Source: Camelus ferus (taxonomy: Eukaryota). Taken from it: a stretch of DNA of 64,000 nt. The notes under the pieces were generated by a model. That model did not search any database and was not told the DNA's origin. It saw only the letters and a list, made by a program, of their open reading frames with translations. Location: assembly GCF_009834535.1 (NCBI RefSeq), contig NC_045698.1, positions 5,272,001 to 5,336,000 of the forward strand, written 5' to 3'. The position numbers were made by a program, and so were the translations under genes. Shown here piece after piece: positions 13,393-27,471 of this stretch; position 1 is the stretch's first letter; every line of letters begins with the position of its first letter.

Positions 13393-15580
13393 CAGAACTT
13401 GATCTCTGTTAGGTGTAAGACGGTAAGAGATCTAGAGACACGTGTCTGGGGTTGGCGGTTGGCACCTCCACAGCCCGCCCCTTGGCTGCTGTCACAGCAG
13501 AAGTCGGAGCCCTGGTTTCCTCTGCCTCAGGGCTGGAAACAAGTGATCCCACAGTAGCTGCAAATTGACTGTCAGGAAGGAATTCTAGTTCCATGGCATT
13601 TTATTGGGTTGTGTTTCTCTGTTGCTTTTATTGTGATTTCTGAAATGTTTTAGGACCAATTAATGGAACTGTAAGAAATCACCCATTTCAGTTCTCAGAA
13701 GTAGCTACATACTTTTTATAACCTTGTTTATCACAGCTCAGGAATCGTGGGAAAACGAAGCAAAGCCCTCACCCCCGGTGCCTGCCCACCATGTGGGAGA
13801 CGCGTCCAGAGCTGCGCAGTCTGGGTTCGGACGCTTCCCCCTTACTTGGGAGCTGTGTCTCTAAGAGAAGGGTGTTTGAGATGTTAACAGAGAAGACACG
13901 CAGGACTGACCTGTAGGGGGCTCTCCACAGACGTGAGCTACTGTTTTTTGAAACACTTTCTTAAATGTTTTGCATTAATTATATACCAAGTTCATGCTTT
14001 TAAAATTTTCAGAAATGTTTAAAACAAGATGAACCAGTGGATCCAGGGTCATAAGCATGCTGAGGGGACTAATTGGGGAATATCACTAAAGACTGTTGAA
14101 CAGAAGGATGATACGTGGTGACCAGTATTTTGAGTCTCTCATGTCACTGTGAACCTGGGGTCCTCACTGTCGAGGTAGCCCTGTAGTTGAACATCCTTCC
14201 CCAGCTCACAGCGCTGGGAGGCCAGGGTGCTAGCCTCCAGGGGGCAGCGTTTTGTCCCTTCAGGACAAAAGCACAATGGCAAGAGATGGGATGCAGTTCA
14301 GCACACTTTGTTGAATGTGCGATGGGAATCCTTCGGGAGCAGGCACGACAGTTCCTCTGGGTTCGAAGGTCTTGGGGTGGGAGAGGAGCACCTGGGCATG
14401 CCGCCCGCCGTCTTCTGTGCTGGAGTCCTAAATTCTGCACAGGTGAGAATACATACACCGCCCAGTGAAGGCGCGGGGAGGTGCCAGCCCACAGTGGGCC
14501 TGGATGGGCGTGCAAGGGTGGTGGGTAGTTGCAAATGAGTGCAGCTGATGGGGTTCTGCCGCCCTCATCACGGGTACTTTGCTGTGGGTGTAGATTAGGG
14601 TGATGTCCCCTGGGAAGATGGGAGGAGCTGTGCTGTGAGGCGCTCTGTCTCCAACCCCAGTGACATGGAGGATTGAGCAGGGTTCCGTCTGTCACAGGAT
14701 GGTGCCGTGGTTCTCTGTCCCCAGGTTAATGCGGTCCCTGCCTCCATCTCTGTGCTCCGCCCCCACCGCATCTCCCCCACCCCCGACACGCACACACATG
14801 TGCTCACAATGGTACCTTTTTGATTCTTATAAGCAAAGTGTTCAACGGAGCTATTCTCTTTTATTCTTTCCTCCTAAGGGTTTAACTTGTGTGGAGGGTT
14901 AGTTATCTAAGTTCTTGAATTGAAGGCCAACCAGTGCCCACCCCATGCCTCTGAAATGACCCTTCAGGTCCACGCACCTAGCAGGGGTCACAGTACCCAG
15001 TCAGATGTACACAATCCAGACCGTGGCTTTTCTCTCTCCACTGAATATCAGGCGCCAAACTTTCCAGCAAAGAATTCTCCTGCAGAGTCAGGAGACCCTG
15101 TAGCAGGGCAGCTGTGAGTGCGGGGAGGTGCAGCTGCCAGGCGTCCAGGCTGATAGGGGAGCCGTGCATGCGAAGTGAGTGTCTGTGGCCTTCGGGGTCC
15201 CCACCTACAGGTACAGTGACAGCCCTGCCTCCTGCACACTTTCCTCAGTGTGGGGATTTCTGGTCAAATGCACTGAACCGGGGCATTGCTCAGCACCCCG
15301 GGAAGCTAAGTGAGGAATATCACTGCCTTTCCTGGACCCAAGTTCCTGTTTCCATATTGGCCTTCTCTCTGTCCCCAGAGTTTTCTTCTGAACAGACAGA
15401 CTCCTGTAACCCCTCTTCCTGAGATTTTTCCCCTCTTGGGCTGTACTGTTCTTTGAGATGTTGACTGCATTTTTGTACGGCGAGTTTCTGTTTTCCCTTC
15501 TCACCAGTGAAAAAAAATTGTATTCACTACAGAACACAAAGCTAAGGAAACAGAATCATTAGTCTTCAGTAATCCTGAGT

Positions 15581-16023
15581 CTATTAGTTAGGTTTCTGCA
15601 GAGAAACAGACCAATAGAGTGTGTGTGTGAGTGTGTGTGTGTGAGTGTGTGTGTGTAGAGAGAGAGAGAGATTGGTTATAAAGAATTGGCTTACAGGGTT
15701 GTGTGTGTGTGTGCTCTGTAGTCCAGAATCTGCAGGGTGGGCAGCTAGAGACCAGAGAACAGTCAGTGCAGCTCAAGTCCAAGGGCCATCTGCAACAGAA
15801 TTGTCTCCTGCTCTGGGAAGATAGTCTTTTGTTCTATTTAGCCCTTCAACCTATTGGGTGAGGCCCACCACATAATGAAAGGGACTCCCCTGTACTCAGA
15901 GTCCACCGATTAAAATGTGAGTTTCTCACCCAAAAGTGCCCCCAGGGAAACATCCAGAATCATGACTGCCCAGGTATCTGAACACCATAGCCCAGCCAAA
16001 TTGACACCTAAACTTAATCATCA
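15581..16023 (-). mobile_element. MLT2 (ERVL) solo LTR with internal (GT)n(GA)n
   Basis: 'tctgcagagaaacagaccaatag...ccttcaacctattgggtgaggcccac...agccaaattgacacctaaacttaatcatca'. Confidence 0.85.
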
Positions 16024-17756
16024 TTCTGCGTTTTCTTGGTGCTTCAGTTTAAAGCACTAAGTTGTATTTATTTCATGCAAAGAGTCTTTTGAAAACTAGG
16101 TATTTCCACAGTCTCATCGCTCCGATTCTGAGATGAAAGAAACAAATGTCATCGTCCTTAACTTTGCGAGGGCTGGCTTCTCAGTGTAGGTGCAGTTTTT
16201 CTTATTCTGCAGCTGTTCCCGCTCTACAATTCAGTTCCAGTTAAATAATATGTAATTATTTAGCTTGCTTCAACGCAGTGCAATTTAAGATGAGATTTGG
16301 CATACACCAAGTGTCTTCTTTGTGTGCGAGAGAGTGTGTGTGTGCCTGTGTGTGTTCTATTCAAGAGCTTTCTAATACCCAGATTACTGGCCTGTGTAGG
16401 CTATGGCATTGCTGGCCCCCGGCTTTGGGATGGAAATGAAACTGGAAAATGAAAACAGTCTGATACAGTTGATACCAAAATCATTGTTGTTTCTCTGTGA
16501 ACGTGCTGAAAACTTCCAGCAGTTGTGTTGAAATCCATAGCTCTGTGGTTTCCAGGCATTATACTTACCAGTTACTCCTCAAATGTCCGCGGCTTGTAAC
16601 AGGACACTGGTGGGACCAGGACGCTGAGTTACGAAGGGTAAATAACGCCTCTGCAATGAGCCCTCTCTCCCAGAGTGACACCACTTACAGGAAACCGTTT
16701 CCTTGTCTAATCAATTTACACGGAAGTGGGACTTTCTAGGAGCACTCGGGAAAGTCGGCTTTATGTCCAGAGCCCCGGCCCAGCCACACAGAACTGTCCA
16801 GGGGCTCGGGGAGAGCCTTCACTCCCAGACTACCAGCTTTCCTGACTAGTGTGCCAAATTAATTGGCTATGATGGGAGGCTCGGCCCGGGCTGAGAAAAT
16901 ACGGTACTCAAATGTGGAACTACGCCTATAAGCGTGGACGCTTAACTTCCACGGCTCTTGTCTTGACTGTAATTCTTTGCTTTTGCTCCCAAATCTAGGC
17001 TTTCTAACTGAGGCTAAGGGAGCTGTAGCCGGTTACAGGGAGAATGGGGTGGTGTAAGACCCTCTTCAGAAGGTAAACCTGAGCCATTAAGACACCACTT
17101 CTGCCTTCGGAGCCCACCGACGTGCAGCCCCCAGACGCACGGAGCCCTGTCTCCCCTCTGTGCCCGTCGTCTCCTTCTCCTTCCCTCTACCTCCCCGACT
17201 CCCCATCAGCCTGGCTGACACCGTCAGCCTCAACTGAGCCCAGAGAAGCCACCCCAAGGGCAACAGCAGTCAGGAGCACCACAGAACTGGCAGCCTGTAC
17301 CCCACATCCACAGTGCTGCCCACAAAAGCTCACGCTGACATCAGTGCCTTACATCCCCCACCTGCTTGTCAGCCGAGCCCAGTGGCCCACGTGCTCCCTG
17401 GGCTATCAGGTCCCCACGCCTGAGATCAGGATGCGCTGTGGTGTAAAAGAAGTCAAACAGCCGGAGATGAGGACTCCCCTTCTACTACTGACAGGGCTCT
17501 CTTGGCGAGCTTGGCTTGGCTCTGGTCCCAAGCAGCCTCGTCACTTAGCCTCAGCCCCAGGTGGAGCTGAACAGCTGCAGAATCCCCTGCTGGAGACGTA
17601 ACCCAGGAGAATGCAAGGCATCTAGGAGCAAGTACGGCAACCAGTGTGTTCCCAGAAAGGAAAAGCGGAGAGGGGCTGTCCTTGGATTCTCCTCTAGGAG
17701 GAGTGAGAGGCATAGCCAGGATAAGCTGGTGGCCTTTAGCTTCACTCCCTTCCACG

Positions 17757-18201
17757 TGGCTTAGTCAGGGCTCTCCAGAGAAACAGAACCAACAGGATAC
17801 ACACAGAGAAGTTTGTTTTAAGGAATTATCTCATGAGATTGTGGGGGTTGGCAAATCCAAAATCTGTAGGGTGGGCCAGCAGGCTGCAGGTTCAGGTAAG
17901 TGTTGATGTTTCTGTCTTGAATCCAATGGCTGGAAGCTCAGGCAGAGTTTCTGTGTTGCAGTTTGGAGGCAGAATTCCTTCTTTGGCAAACCTATCTTTG
18001 TTCTTAAGCCTTCAACTGATTGGATGGGGCCCACCCACGTTATGGAGGGTGATCTACTTTACTTAAAATCGACTGATTGGGAATGTTAACAATGTCTAAA
18101 AAAAAAACAACACAACACTTTATAGAGACATCTAGATTTGTTTGGCCAAACAACTGGTGGCCATAGTCTTGCCAAATTGACCCATGAAGTTAACCATCAC
18201 A
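17757..18201 (-). mobile_element. MLT2 (ERVL) solo LTR
   Basis: 'ttagtcagggctctccagagaaacagaaccaacagga...ccttcaactgattggatggggcccaccc...ttgacccatgaagttaaccatcaca'. Confidence 0.88.
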
Positions 18202-18689
18202 GCACAGAAACAAGAGAGAGCAGCAGTGAGGGCAAAGCGGGCAGCATCCTTCCATGTGCTCTTAGAAGCAGAATTCATTCTCCCAACACCAGGCACCATA
18301 GACTCTCATTAAATTGGCACTGCATGGATGTCTTTACCCAAGTATTTCTTTATTTCTGCTACTCTGGAGCCAATGAAGAGTGGTTTGGGTGGGGAGGTAC
18401 AGCTCAAAGGCAGAGGGCATGAAACTGTTTTTTATGGTTCAGACTTAGGGTTAAAAAGTATTAACCATGAACCTTGGTATGTGTATTTGTTTATTCATAA
18501 ACTATATGCTAATAGTCTATGAACATTATAAAGCAGGTTAGCATTAAAGGTAAACAACAATGAAAATAATCTTATTTACTGTTTAATAATTCAAAAATAT
18601 GTCAGAACCTTTTATTTAGTATTTTTAATATTTAATATTTTTGATTAGAGCAGTATGATGAAACACATTTCATTGCTTAAGAATTGTTT

Positions 18690-18843
18690 GGTTGCTGCAA
18701 ATGGCGTTATGTTGTCGGTTTTTATGGCTGAATAGTATTCCGTTGTATAAATATACCACCTCTTCTTTATCCAGTCATCTGTTGATGGACATTTAGGCTG
18801 TTTCCATGTCTTGGCTATTGTAAATAGTGCTGCTGTGAACATT
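18690..18843 (-). mobile_element. Isolated L1 ORF2 C-terminal fragment
   Basis: Translates to MFTAALFTIAKTWKQPKCPSTDDWIKKRWYIYTTEYYSAIKTDNITPFAAT, the typical L1 ORF2 C-terminus. No 3' UTR or poly-A. Confidence 0.9.
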
Positions 18844-20265
18844 AACACTTTGCAATAGAATGTCTTTAAGTTCTGTCCTTAAGTTCATTTAATTCTGACA
18901 CTTGGTTTAATGATCCAATAATCTAACTGAGGAGAGACTTGAGGACGGGGTCTTTACATCATGGTACTCATTTTTGAGTCCTGTCCACATTTACACAGAG
19001 GTTTTTGATGAAGTTCAGTGGCAAACTCTCCATGTGTTTTCCTGATGTCAGTCAGTTCTTGCAAATAAACCAGAAGGTCTTGCATTTTTATTTTTCAGCA
19101 AATTGGTTCAAGATGTGCTGCATCTTCATTTGGGAGATTTTTAACTGAATTTAAAAATCCTGTTTCTAAGGAATACAAATGTAGAAATATGAGAGTTTTT
19201 ATAGTGTTTTTGGTAAGAGAATCACAAAAAGAGTAGTATTTCTAAGCGCCTGCTTTTCAGATGGCTTCTCCACAACATGTGTTCTTAAAGAAAAAACTCA
19301 TTTCTCCCTCATGGTTAAAATGACAATTTTAGGAAAGATTAATTGTGTGTATGTGTTTAAAAATACTTCATAGATAGTATGATGCTACCTGGTTTTGTCA
19401 TGACAAGAAAGGTCAACAATTTGATTGCTATAATCTTGGCCAAAACAAAAAAAGACACACAGAAGACACATAACACCTATTTCAGTTTAATGACTGTGCT
19501 GAAGGTAACCAGGAAAGTACTGTGTGGTGTGAGAACCCGTCATGTCAGGAAGTTTTGTACAGATTTTACTGTCTCAAGAATTAACCACACAGAACGTTCT
19601 GGAACAGGTGCATCACCATAGGTTGCAGTATGCCAACACACCAGAGAGGGCGCCAGCTCTGGTGCTCCTCCCGAAAGTCCTGCCTTCCTGCTGGTGTCCC
19701 CTCTGTTAAAGTGACACCCGTGTGTCTGGCAGTCACCTAGAGAGGATGCCACTGTTAGTCAAGGAACTAAATAGCTGGATAGCTTTCTCACTTTTAACTT
19801 AAAAAGATACATGTAAGTGGAAGTCCAGATGTTTGCTTGCACGCTCCGTGAACCCCTGTTCTAGAGAAAGCCCTCTTCCCAACCCAGCCGAGAGGGCACC
19901 AGAGGACCCTCATCACAGGGAGCATGGTATGTCTGCCTTTATCTATTTTGGTAAATTTTATTCATTAATTATATTAAATAAGTGTGAGTAGAGGCAACGT
20001 GACAGGAAGATGTCAAGCTAAGAATGCCCCTCAGAAGCTCACCCAGGCCTGAGGTCCACGTCTCAGCGATGGAGCCCCTGACAGAGCGTGGCAGGCTGGA
20101 GGTCCCGCCGCGCACTTGCAGCCGCATCGCGAGCTGCACCCCGCCTCTGCCCCCTGGCCTCGCCACCATCCAGACCCACCTCAGGGCCAAGTGCACATCT
20201 GCGCCCATCGCTCCCCTTCCCGGGAAGTCCCGGACCCACCAGCAGCGTAGTCACGTCCTGATCCA

Positions 20266-21070
20266 TGTGTAGGGCTTCTTCCTAGTGCTGTTGTGACAAA
20301 TCACCACAGATCGTGGCTCAGTGCAGCACAGGTGTATTCTCGTCCCATTGTGAAGACCAGAGTCTAAAGTGGGTTGCAGGCCTTGCTCCTTCTGGAAGCT
20401 CTAAGGGAGAACTTGTTTCCTTGCCTTTCCTGGTGTTAAAACGCGATAAAAGAATTGGAGGTAATCCAGACAAACTTAACCCTTCGTGAAGCAGTCTCCG
20501 TTCAGAGCACTGCACGGTGGAGCAGAAGGCAGGAAGCTGTCGTAGGATAAAAAAATAAAGAATGAGGAAGAGAAAAATAGAAAATGTCTGATTGGCTGGG
20601 GCCATGGGCTCAGCTTTGGGGTGAGAAGGAACAAGGGAGGTGGCATGGCATTTGGGGATTGGCCGACGGGCTGCACTGTGGTTTGGGTCCAGCAGAGTGT
20701 CTACAGGGACACAGAAGTTATCCAAGCTTCAGCTTGTGGACGTGGCGCCCTGGGCAGGAATGGCTGCATCTCAGCCTGCAAACCTTGGTTCATGGTTCGT
20801 CCTCTGTCTTCAGAGCTGTACGTCCCTCCCTCCTGTCTCTGCCTCTGTGGCCATCAGACCATCACCTTTTCTCCGTCTGTGACCTTCTGACTCCCTCTTA
20901 GAGAAGTCCCTGGGATTATGTTGGGTCCAACCAGATAATCGAGAATAATCCAAAACATCCTAAGTCCTATCTTGATCACAACTGCGAAGTCCCTCTTGCC
21001 TGGTAAGGCCGCCTGTTCACAGTGTCTGGGATTAGAGGGGGACGTCTGAGGGTGCCGTTCAGTCTAATGC
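20266..21070 (-). mobile_element. MaLR LTR (MLT1C/D-like) interrupted by an approximately 350-bp insert
   Basis: MLT1-like 'gtgacaaatcaccacaga...ccttctggaagctctaagggagaacttgtttccttgcc', resuming near 20783 with 'cttggttcatgg...gggtccaaccagataatc...gttcacagtgtctgggattag'. Confidence 0.7.
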
Positions 21071-24000
21071 ACTCGTCGCTTTTGTGACTAACCGTCAGTC
21101 AAGTGGTAATATAGAAGTGGCTGCCAGCACACAGCACAGAAGGGAAAAAACAAAGACTGCAGACTTTAGGGAGAGAATGCTGGGGTCAGAAGGATAATAG
21201 AACTGCTTACATTTGCATATACGTTCCCAGTCAAGTGAGTGTTACAAATTAGCCTCAATCAGGATTCCGGGAGCAAGAGGCAAACATGTTTCTCCCGTTT
21301 CAAGGGCAGAGGCGGAAACACAGCTGAGACTCCTTCGTCCAGCTGTTGCAAGTGCCCATAACAGCTGCTGCCGGCCTCCAAGATGCCCGGGCTCTCCCTT
21401 CCCAACTCCCCCTACCCCCGGCCAGTGGACAGACACCCGTGGGCCCCTTGGCACCCAGTGGCCGGCTGGCGGCCCTGCGGCGCAGCTGCAGTGCTTTCTG
21501 TCCTGTTTCTGACTTGCAGTGCTGGGATCATGGTTGTTTCAACTAACATCTCCCATGACTTGGAACACATTTTGTTTTAGGTCTAGAAGAGCTTCACCCA
21601 AAATGTTCTTCCCTTCTCCCCAAAAGCCATGCGGGTTGGAATTTCTTCCCCAGCCCCCACCAGAAATCGTCCTGACAGACGCTGCTTCCTGGTCCTCACT
21701 TCTGAGCAAAGAGCCTCCAGGGAGAGATCTTTACTTAAGGGCTTCTCAGAAGACAACGAGAGCACAGAGAAGTTCTGGGTCCTGCTGTGGCCAGAAACAT
21801 GCTCCGAGAGGCGGGAAGAGACAGGAAATCAGGAGAGTTTGCCCAAACCTTCCTCTGCTTGAAGAGCAGTCTGAGGCCCTCATCCCCCCGTGAACTTCAC
21901 TTCTTTGGGTCTGCAGTGACGTTCAGGGCAACATCTCAGCAAATTTCCCTGTTCAGTTTGAGCAAAAGATAATCGAACAGTCTTAGCATATTAATATATT
22001 AAACTAGGTTAAGTAGACGTTAGAGGCCTAACCAGTAATCCAGGGGAGGCAGGGTGTCTGAGGATGGCGGTCGGCCAATCCCTTGTTTAGTTATATCACT
22101 AGCAGAGTTATTAATACCAATACTGATACTAATAGGCATGTAGTAAATGACTACAGTGGACAGTTAGGTACCTAGCTTCTGGACTGATACCTATTTAGCC
22201 ACCAAAAAAAAAGAAAAGAAAAAATTAATAAATCCTGTACCAGCAGCATCTCACTGCCCAGGCCTCGCAGCTGGTGGAAAATATAGTTAGCTGGGAAAGT
22301 GCTTCCCCAGGCCCCCGGCACTGCCACGGCTCACCCTGATGTGGGAGCTGGCCTGTGTCCAGCAGCCCCTGCGTTGGATGTCCTGTGGTTGTAACACCTC
22401 AATTCTGGAGCCTCTAGCCTGGTGCCTCGAACTCCAGGGCTCAGAACTGTGGCTTTTCACTGAAGACATCGTGGCTCCTGCTTTGGTGGGCCGATGGCGC
22501 CCCGTGCTGGGGGAACAAATGAAGGGTGTAGCTCTGGGATCCTTAAGGAAAGCTGGAGCCAGGCGCATTGACGTCTGGCCGCCTTGGTGCTCCTGATCCT
22601 TGGACACTGGCTCTTCTGGAAGAGCACTGGGAGCCCTCCGTAAGTCAGGGCACTCCCGGGGCCGGGGAGGGGACAGCAGATGCTCTGAGGATTCGGGCAC
22701 GAGGACTCCAAGGACGCCCGACGTGGAGTTTTGCACGCCCCAGAGCTCTCTTGGAAGGAGAGAGATGCTCTGTGCTGTCTAGGAGTTCTTCCCTCTGAGC
22801 TGGGAATTGCAGGGGTCGGGGAGACATCTGAAGGAACTCAGCGACTTGGGCTGGAAGGGGGTTTCCAAAGGATGACTCTTTGGAGTGGCCTCTGTGGCTC
22901 TCTAGGGCCTCAGGTAGCCAGGCCTGGCACTGTTGGGTGCAAGCTGGAAGCTTCCAGGCTTTCATGTGCCAAAGCCTTGTCAAGTAGAAACATTTTTTTT
23001 TAAAGTAACACGGGCAATTTCTGTTTATAGAAACCATCCATATAGAGGTTATATGAACATTTCAAAAGAATCTCTCCATAAAGCGTCTAATAAAAAACAT
23101 TTAATGGCAAAAGATGGGGCAAAATAGCCTAAGGAACACAGCCACGAATTGTTCCATCTGAAAAACATGTGAGGGTTTTTTTTTTTTTGTCTCACTGCTG
23201 AATTGAAAAGTCATTTTAAAAACTGGACTTCAATTGCAAAGAACTGTTTCTGCTCTCCAATAAGACTTCCACGTTCAAAGAGGGACGATAGGAAAGGCGC
23301 TCTTTTTAGGCCATCGAAATGAGACACTCATGCTCCGGCGTCCCACCCCGCCGTCTGCCCTCCCCCCTCTTTTGCTGCATTGAAAGGTCCTGTGTGGTCA
23401 CGGGTGTCCCCTCCCTGTCCTAGGTGCCCATCTGAAGTCCACCCACCGAGCTTCCCACCTGGTGATCGAACCCCTTCCCCAGCTGAGGTTGGCATTTCAC
23501 TATGGAGGCTCAGCACCCCAATTTGTCGACACCCCAAGCGTGTGTTCCACTCTTGGGAGCAGATTCACATGCAAGAACATCATAAGGGAGAGACAGACCA
23601 TTGATGTATTTACCCTGAGAGATCCTGCTATTGCCTAAACAGGATGCTCACGTTTGCAGATCAGTTCATGTTCCGTGAGTTGGAAGTTCAGTTATATTCG
23701 CAGTGATGCCCCAGGGCCAGGAATCAGAATGAGGGGGCCAAGAAGGATTGTCATGGCTGGGTCACCCGTGCTCCCAGTGCCTCCTCTTCCTCTGTAGAGG
23801 CCCATGTGGGTCACACTTGGACACACTCTGGACACTGTGGTCCTGAGCCTACCTGGCCTCTCCCTGGACGGCTCACCGAGACCATCGCCACCTGCCTCTC
23901 CGACTCCGTTTTCCTTGTGCATTGTTGCTGCCCATTTCTGTGGCTCTCTGCTGGGTCCTGACATGCCTTTCTGCAGCGTACTGCTCTTTAAGACGTTCTG

Positions 24001-25721
24001 GGTCTATTTTATGTTTGGTTTTTGATATAATTCTTAGGGAAAATTTTTGTATTACTTTTTCCAAGTTCCAGGAGGGAGAGGAACCACCTCCCTGTGTGCC
24101 CGTGTTCTGCCCACACGTTAAAGATGTCTTTCTCTCCTCTGCCTGGGAGGTGGGGAACGAGCACTTGCTTAGTTCCCACATCACACCAGAAACGTTTCGT
24201 GTTTTTATTAGGAACTTCAATGAGAACATGCAGGGTGGGTGGAACTGTCGATGACAGAGCTAAGATTCCAGCACGTGAAGTCCAGGATCACACAGCAGCG
24301 TATAATGTCTGCATGGGGATTTTTGCCCCACTTGTCTGGATCTAAATGCCTTCCCCTTTGCCCCGCCCCACCCCCCATCACAGAGCCAAGAGCTGGGGCT
24401 CCCCTGGGCCCTCCCGGCCTCCTGCTCCAGCCTCTCCCGCTGCGGGTCCTGCTCGCTGATTCCTTTCCCTGGACTAGTCTTCCCTCTTGTCTCATCTGTA
24501 CCTTGAAACAAACATAATTCTGGTGAAGCAGCCAGCGGAGTCCGTTGCTGGACCCTCCTTCACGCTGGGGGCCCTCTGGGGAGACTAAGAACTCCTGAGG
24601 GCAGGGTTCGTGTCCTCGGCATCCCAGCACAGTCCTGGCGTTTGATGGGATAATCAGGTATCCGTGAAGAGGTGTGCGGAAGAAGGAAGTAGAGACTGAT
24701 GCTAGGATAAGTAACAGAGCTGTTCAGCACATGATGGGCAAGTAAACAGTCTCATAAATTGTCAAAAAGGGGAGGGGTTTCCTTTTCCTACTTCTAGGCT
24801 TTTGTGTTTTCCAAATGAGGGGAACTGTAAGTGTAAGCACAGGATGGTGCACGGGCAGGGACGCTTCACGTGGCTTCCCCGTCCCACCTTCAGGCTCCCA
24901 CACGTAGAAGGTGTTTTGGCCGGAACTGTGTGATCCGCTGTCAGACAATCGGGATGTGTAAGTCCTAACGCAACCTCAGAGCAGAAGAACCCGTATTCTT
25001 AATAATTGTCCATCTGCCTCCCAATTCCAAAAGATTCCTTTTTTGAGTAACTATTTCTCAATATTCACTATGTGATTTTTCTTTTAACTTTTTCTATTAA
25101 CTTTTCTTAATACTTTTAACATTGTAATATTCTCTTCTAAAATAAGAAAATGACACGCCGCAGTCTTGTCTGGGAGGGGAGAAGTCATTCCCTTGGTTGG
25201 AATGGACACATGCTGTGCTGGTGTGGGCAGAGCAATGAAGTCACCGTCTTAGATGTAGACTAATTTTGTGTATTATTACTTTCTCTAAAGTTAACTAAAT
25301 TTGTATTGCCTTTAAGTCACCAAACTAATTAAAATGAAAGTATTTCATAGCTGTAAAGGACATTAAAAGTGAAACCACTGCTTACTTAACCTCCTGCCTC
25401 CATTGGAAAGAAGATGTTCTAAGTGTTGACCAGGTGGATGTGAGACAAGTCAGCTACAGATGATACCAGGACGCAGGGTGTCTCCCTGGTGACTGGTTTG
25501 AGTTCTCTGTGCTGATGCATCCCTCTTTGTGTGTGGCTGCCCATCTGTGCCATTTCTCGACGACTTTGCTACTTCTCTGGAGAAAAAAGACAGAAAAGAT
25601 TAAACGTATACTCTCCCTAGATTTCTATACGAACAGCTCTAGTGAAAATTTCACGAGGATGAGATTTAATACTTTTTCTATCAGATGTATATTTCATTAT
25701 TTAAACTGACTGAAACCACAG

Positions 25722-26188
25722 TGTGATAGTTAACTTTCTGTGTAAGCTTGACTAGGCCATGGGACTCAGACGTTTGGTCAAACACCAGTCCAGGTTGCTG
25801 TAAAGGCATTTCTTTTAGATGAGATTTACATCTAAATTAGTAGACTTTGAGTAAAGTAGATTGCCTTCCATAATGTGGGTGAGTTTCATGCGCTCAATTG
25901 AAGGTCCTAAGAGAAAAGACTGAGGTTCCCTGAGAAAGAGGGACTTTTGTCAGCAGGTTGTTTTCAGAGTCATGTCTGAAGAACATCAATTCCAGTCTGC
26001 TTGCCTGCCCCCCACAATCATGTGATCCAGTCCTTTAAAATAAAGATAGATAGACGGATAGATAGATAGATAGAGATAGATACATAGATATATAGATAAA
26101 TACATAGATACATAGATACATAGATATGTGGATAGAAATACGCACATTCTCTGGGTTCCGTTTTCTAAGGTGCACTTCGACTAAGACA
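25722..26188 (+). mobile_element. MLT2 (ERVL) solo LTR with internal (GATA)n
   Basis: Starts tgtgatagttaact...cttgactaggcca; 'agactttgagtaaagtagattgccttccataatgtgggtg'; ends gactaagaca. Confidence 0.88.
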
Positions 26189-27471
26189 GGTCTCTGTGTG
26201 AGAGGTCACTAGAAATCAGAATACCATGGATAAATTAAACACCAGAAGCACACATTTGGACATAAGGATCTAACAAAGGTACTTTTAATTATAGAAAGAA
26301 AAGGCTATGGCATTGTGACGTCAGTGGGGATTTCATGGGAGTCTTTCTTGTCGTCTGAGATCCGCTTGGCACTGGAAGAAGCCAAGGGCTCTGAAATTCT
26401 GACCCAAAGATGTGAGCTGTGATGAGAGAGGTGAAGTTTATCAGTGACTTGTTCAGTCTTTACTGATTTTGGAGCAGCCCAGAATCTATCAGGGCTCCAC
26501 TAATTTCCCAAAACAGATGTTGAAATGTATCTGAATCAAACTGCACCCTGGATTAGGAGGCAAAGTGGCCATCCTGGGCCTGGGGGTAGGAAATAGTGTG
26601 ACACAATTTTGGTGAGAATCACCTAAACGAGTGGTACTTCCTAAAGGGAGGCGATGGGAAGGAATTAGAGGGAATAAACACAGGAAGAGCAAAGGAGTAA
26701 GTGGTGCCGGTGAGTGAAGGCTGAGCAGCGTGGAAGCACTGCCACCTCCAGGCGGTGCGAGCGCCGGGCGTCTTCCACAGTAACGTCCCCAACGCGGGGG
26801 CTTCTTGTCAGCGTGAACGGCTCCTGCACAGTGCCCAGCACGGAGTAGCCGCTCAAGACAGATGAGTTGTTACTAGTATTGTCTGTTCACTTACTGGATG
26901 TCTAGTTTTTAATGTATTTCTTCTAATTCAGAGCTATGTATATGAAAAACACTGGGCGGGTAACCTAGAGGAAGACCCTGTAAACTACGAGACATGTAAT
27001 AAAGGAAGGTCACATAGCACTGGCCAGCTGTTGGTTTCCATCCCAGGGATGTAGGCATCTAAGTGATGGATGGAAGGTCTGCCGGTTGTCAAGGATAGTG
27101 GTCCTCTGTTCCCCCCTCCCTGTGCACTCTGCTTCTTCCTAATTTGTTCTATGTTTATTCAATTTAAGAGGCTGCTGTAACCCAGGTAGATGGGACTAAG
27201 ATAGTATCTCAAAACGGTATTCATTCTTACAGCATTTACTGAGTGCATATTATATGTAAAATGTTTGATAATATTTTTAAAGAATAATTGTTATATTTAT
27301 TTCTGGGACAAAATGTGCACAGATGGAAAGGCTTTATTGAAGACCTATGCTATCATACAGTTATTTAACTGTGTAATAGAGAATGCAAACCTGTTTTACA
27401 TACCAAGAATGTATTTCTCAATAGTATGTGATATATATATATAAACATACACATTCTAAAATGAGCAGCAT

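Noticed and set aside
15581..18201. Two same-strand MLT2 LTRs as the ends of one provirus
   Set aside because: The LTR sequences differ substantially and the 1.7-kb interval shows no recognisable gag or pol remnants.
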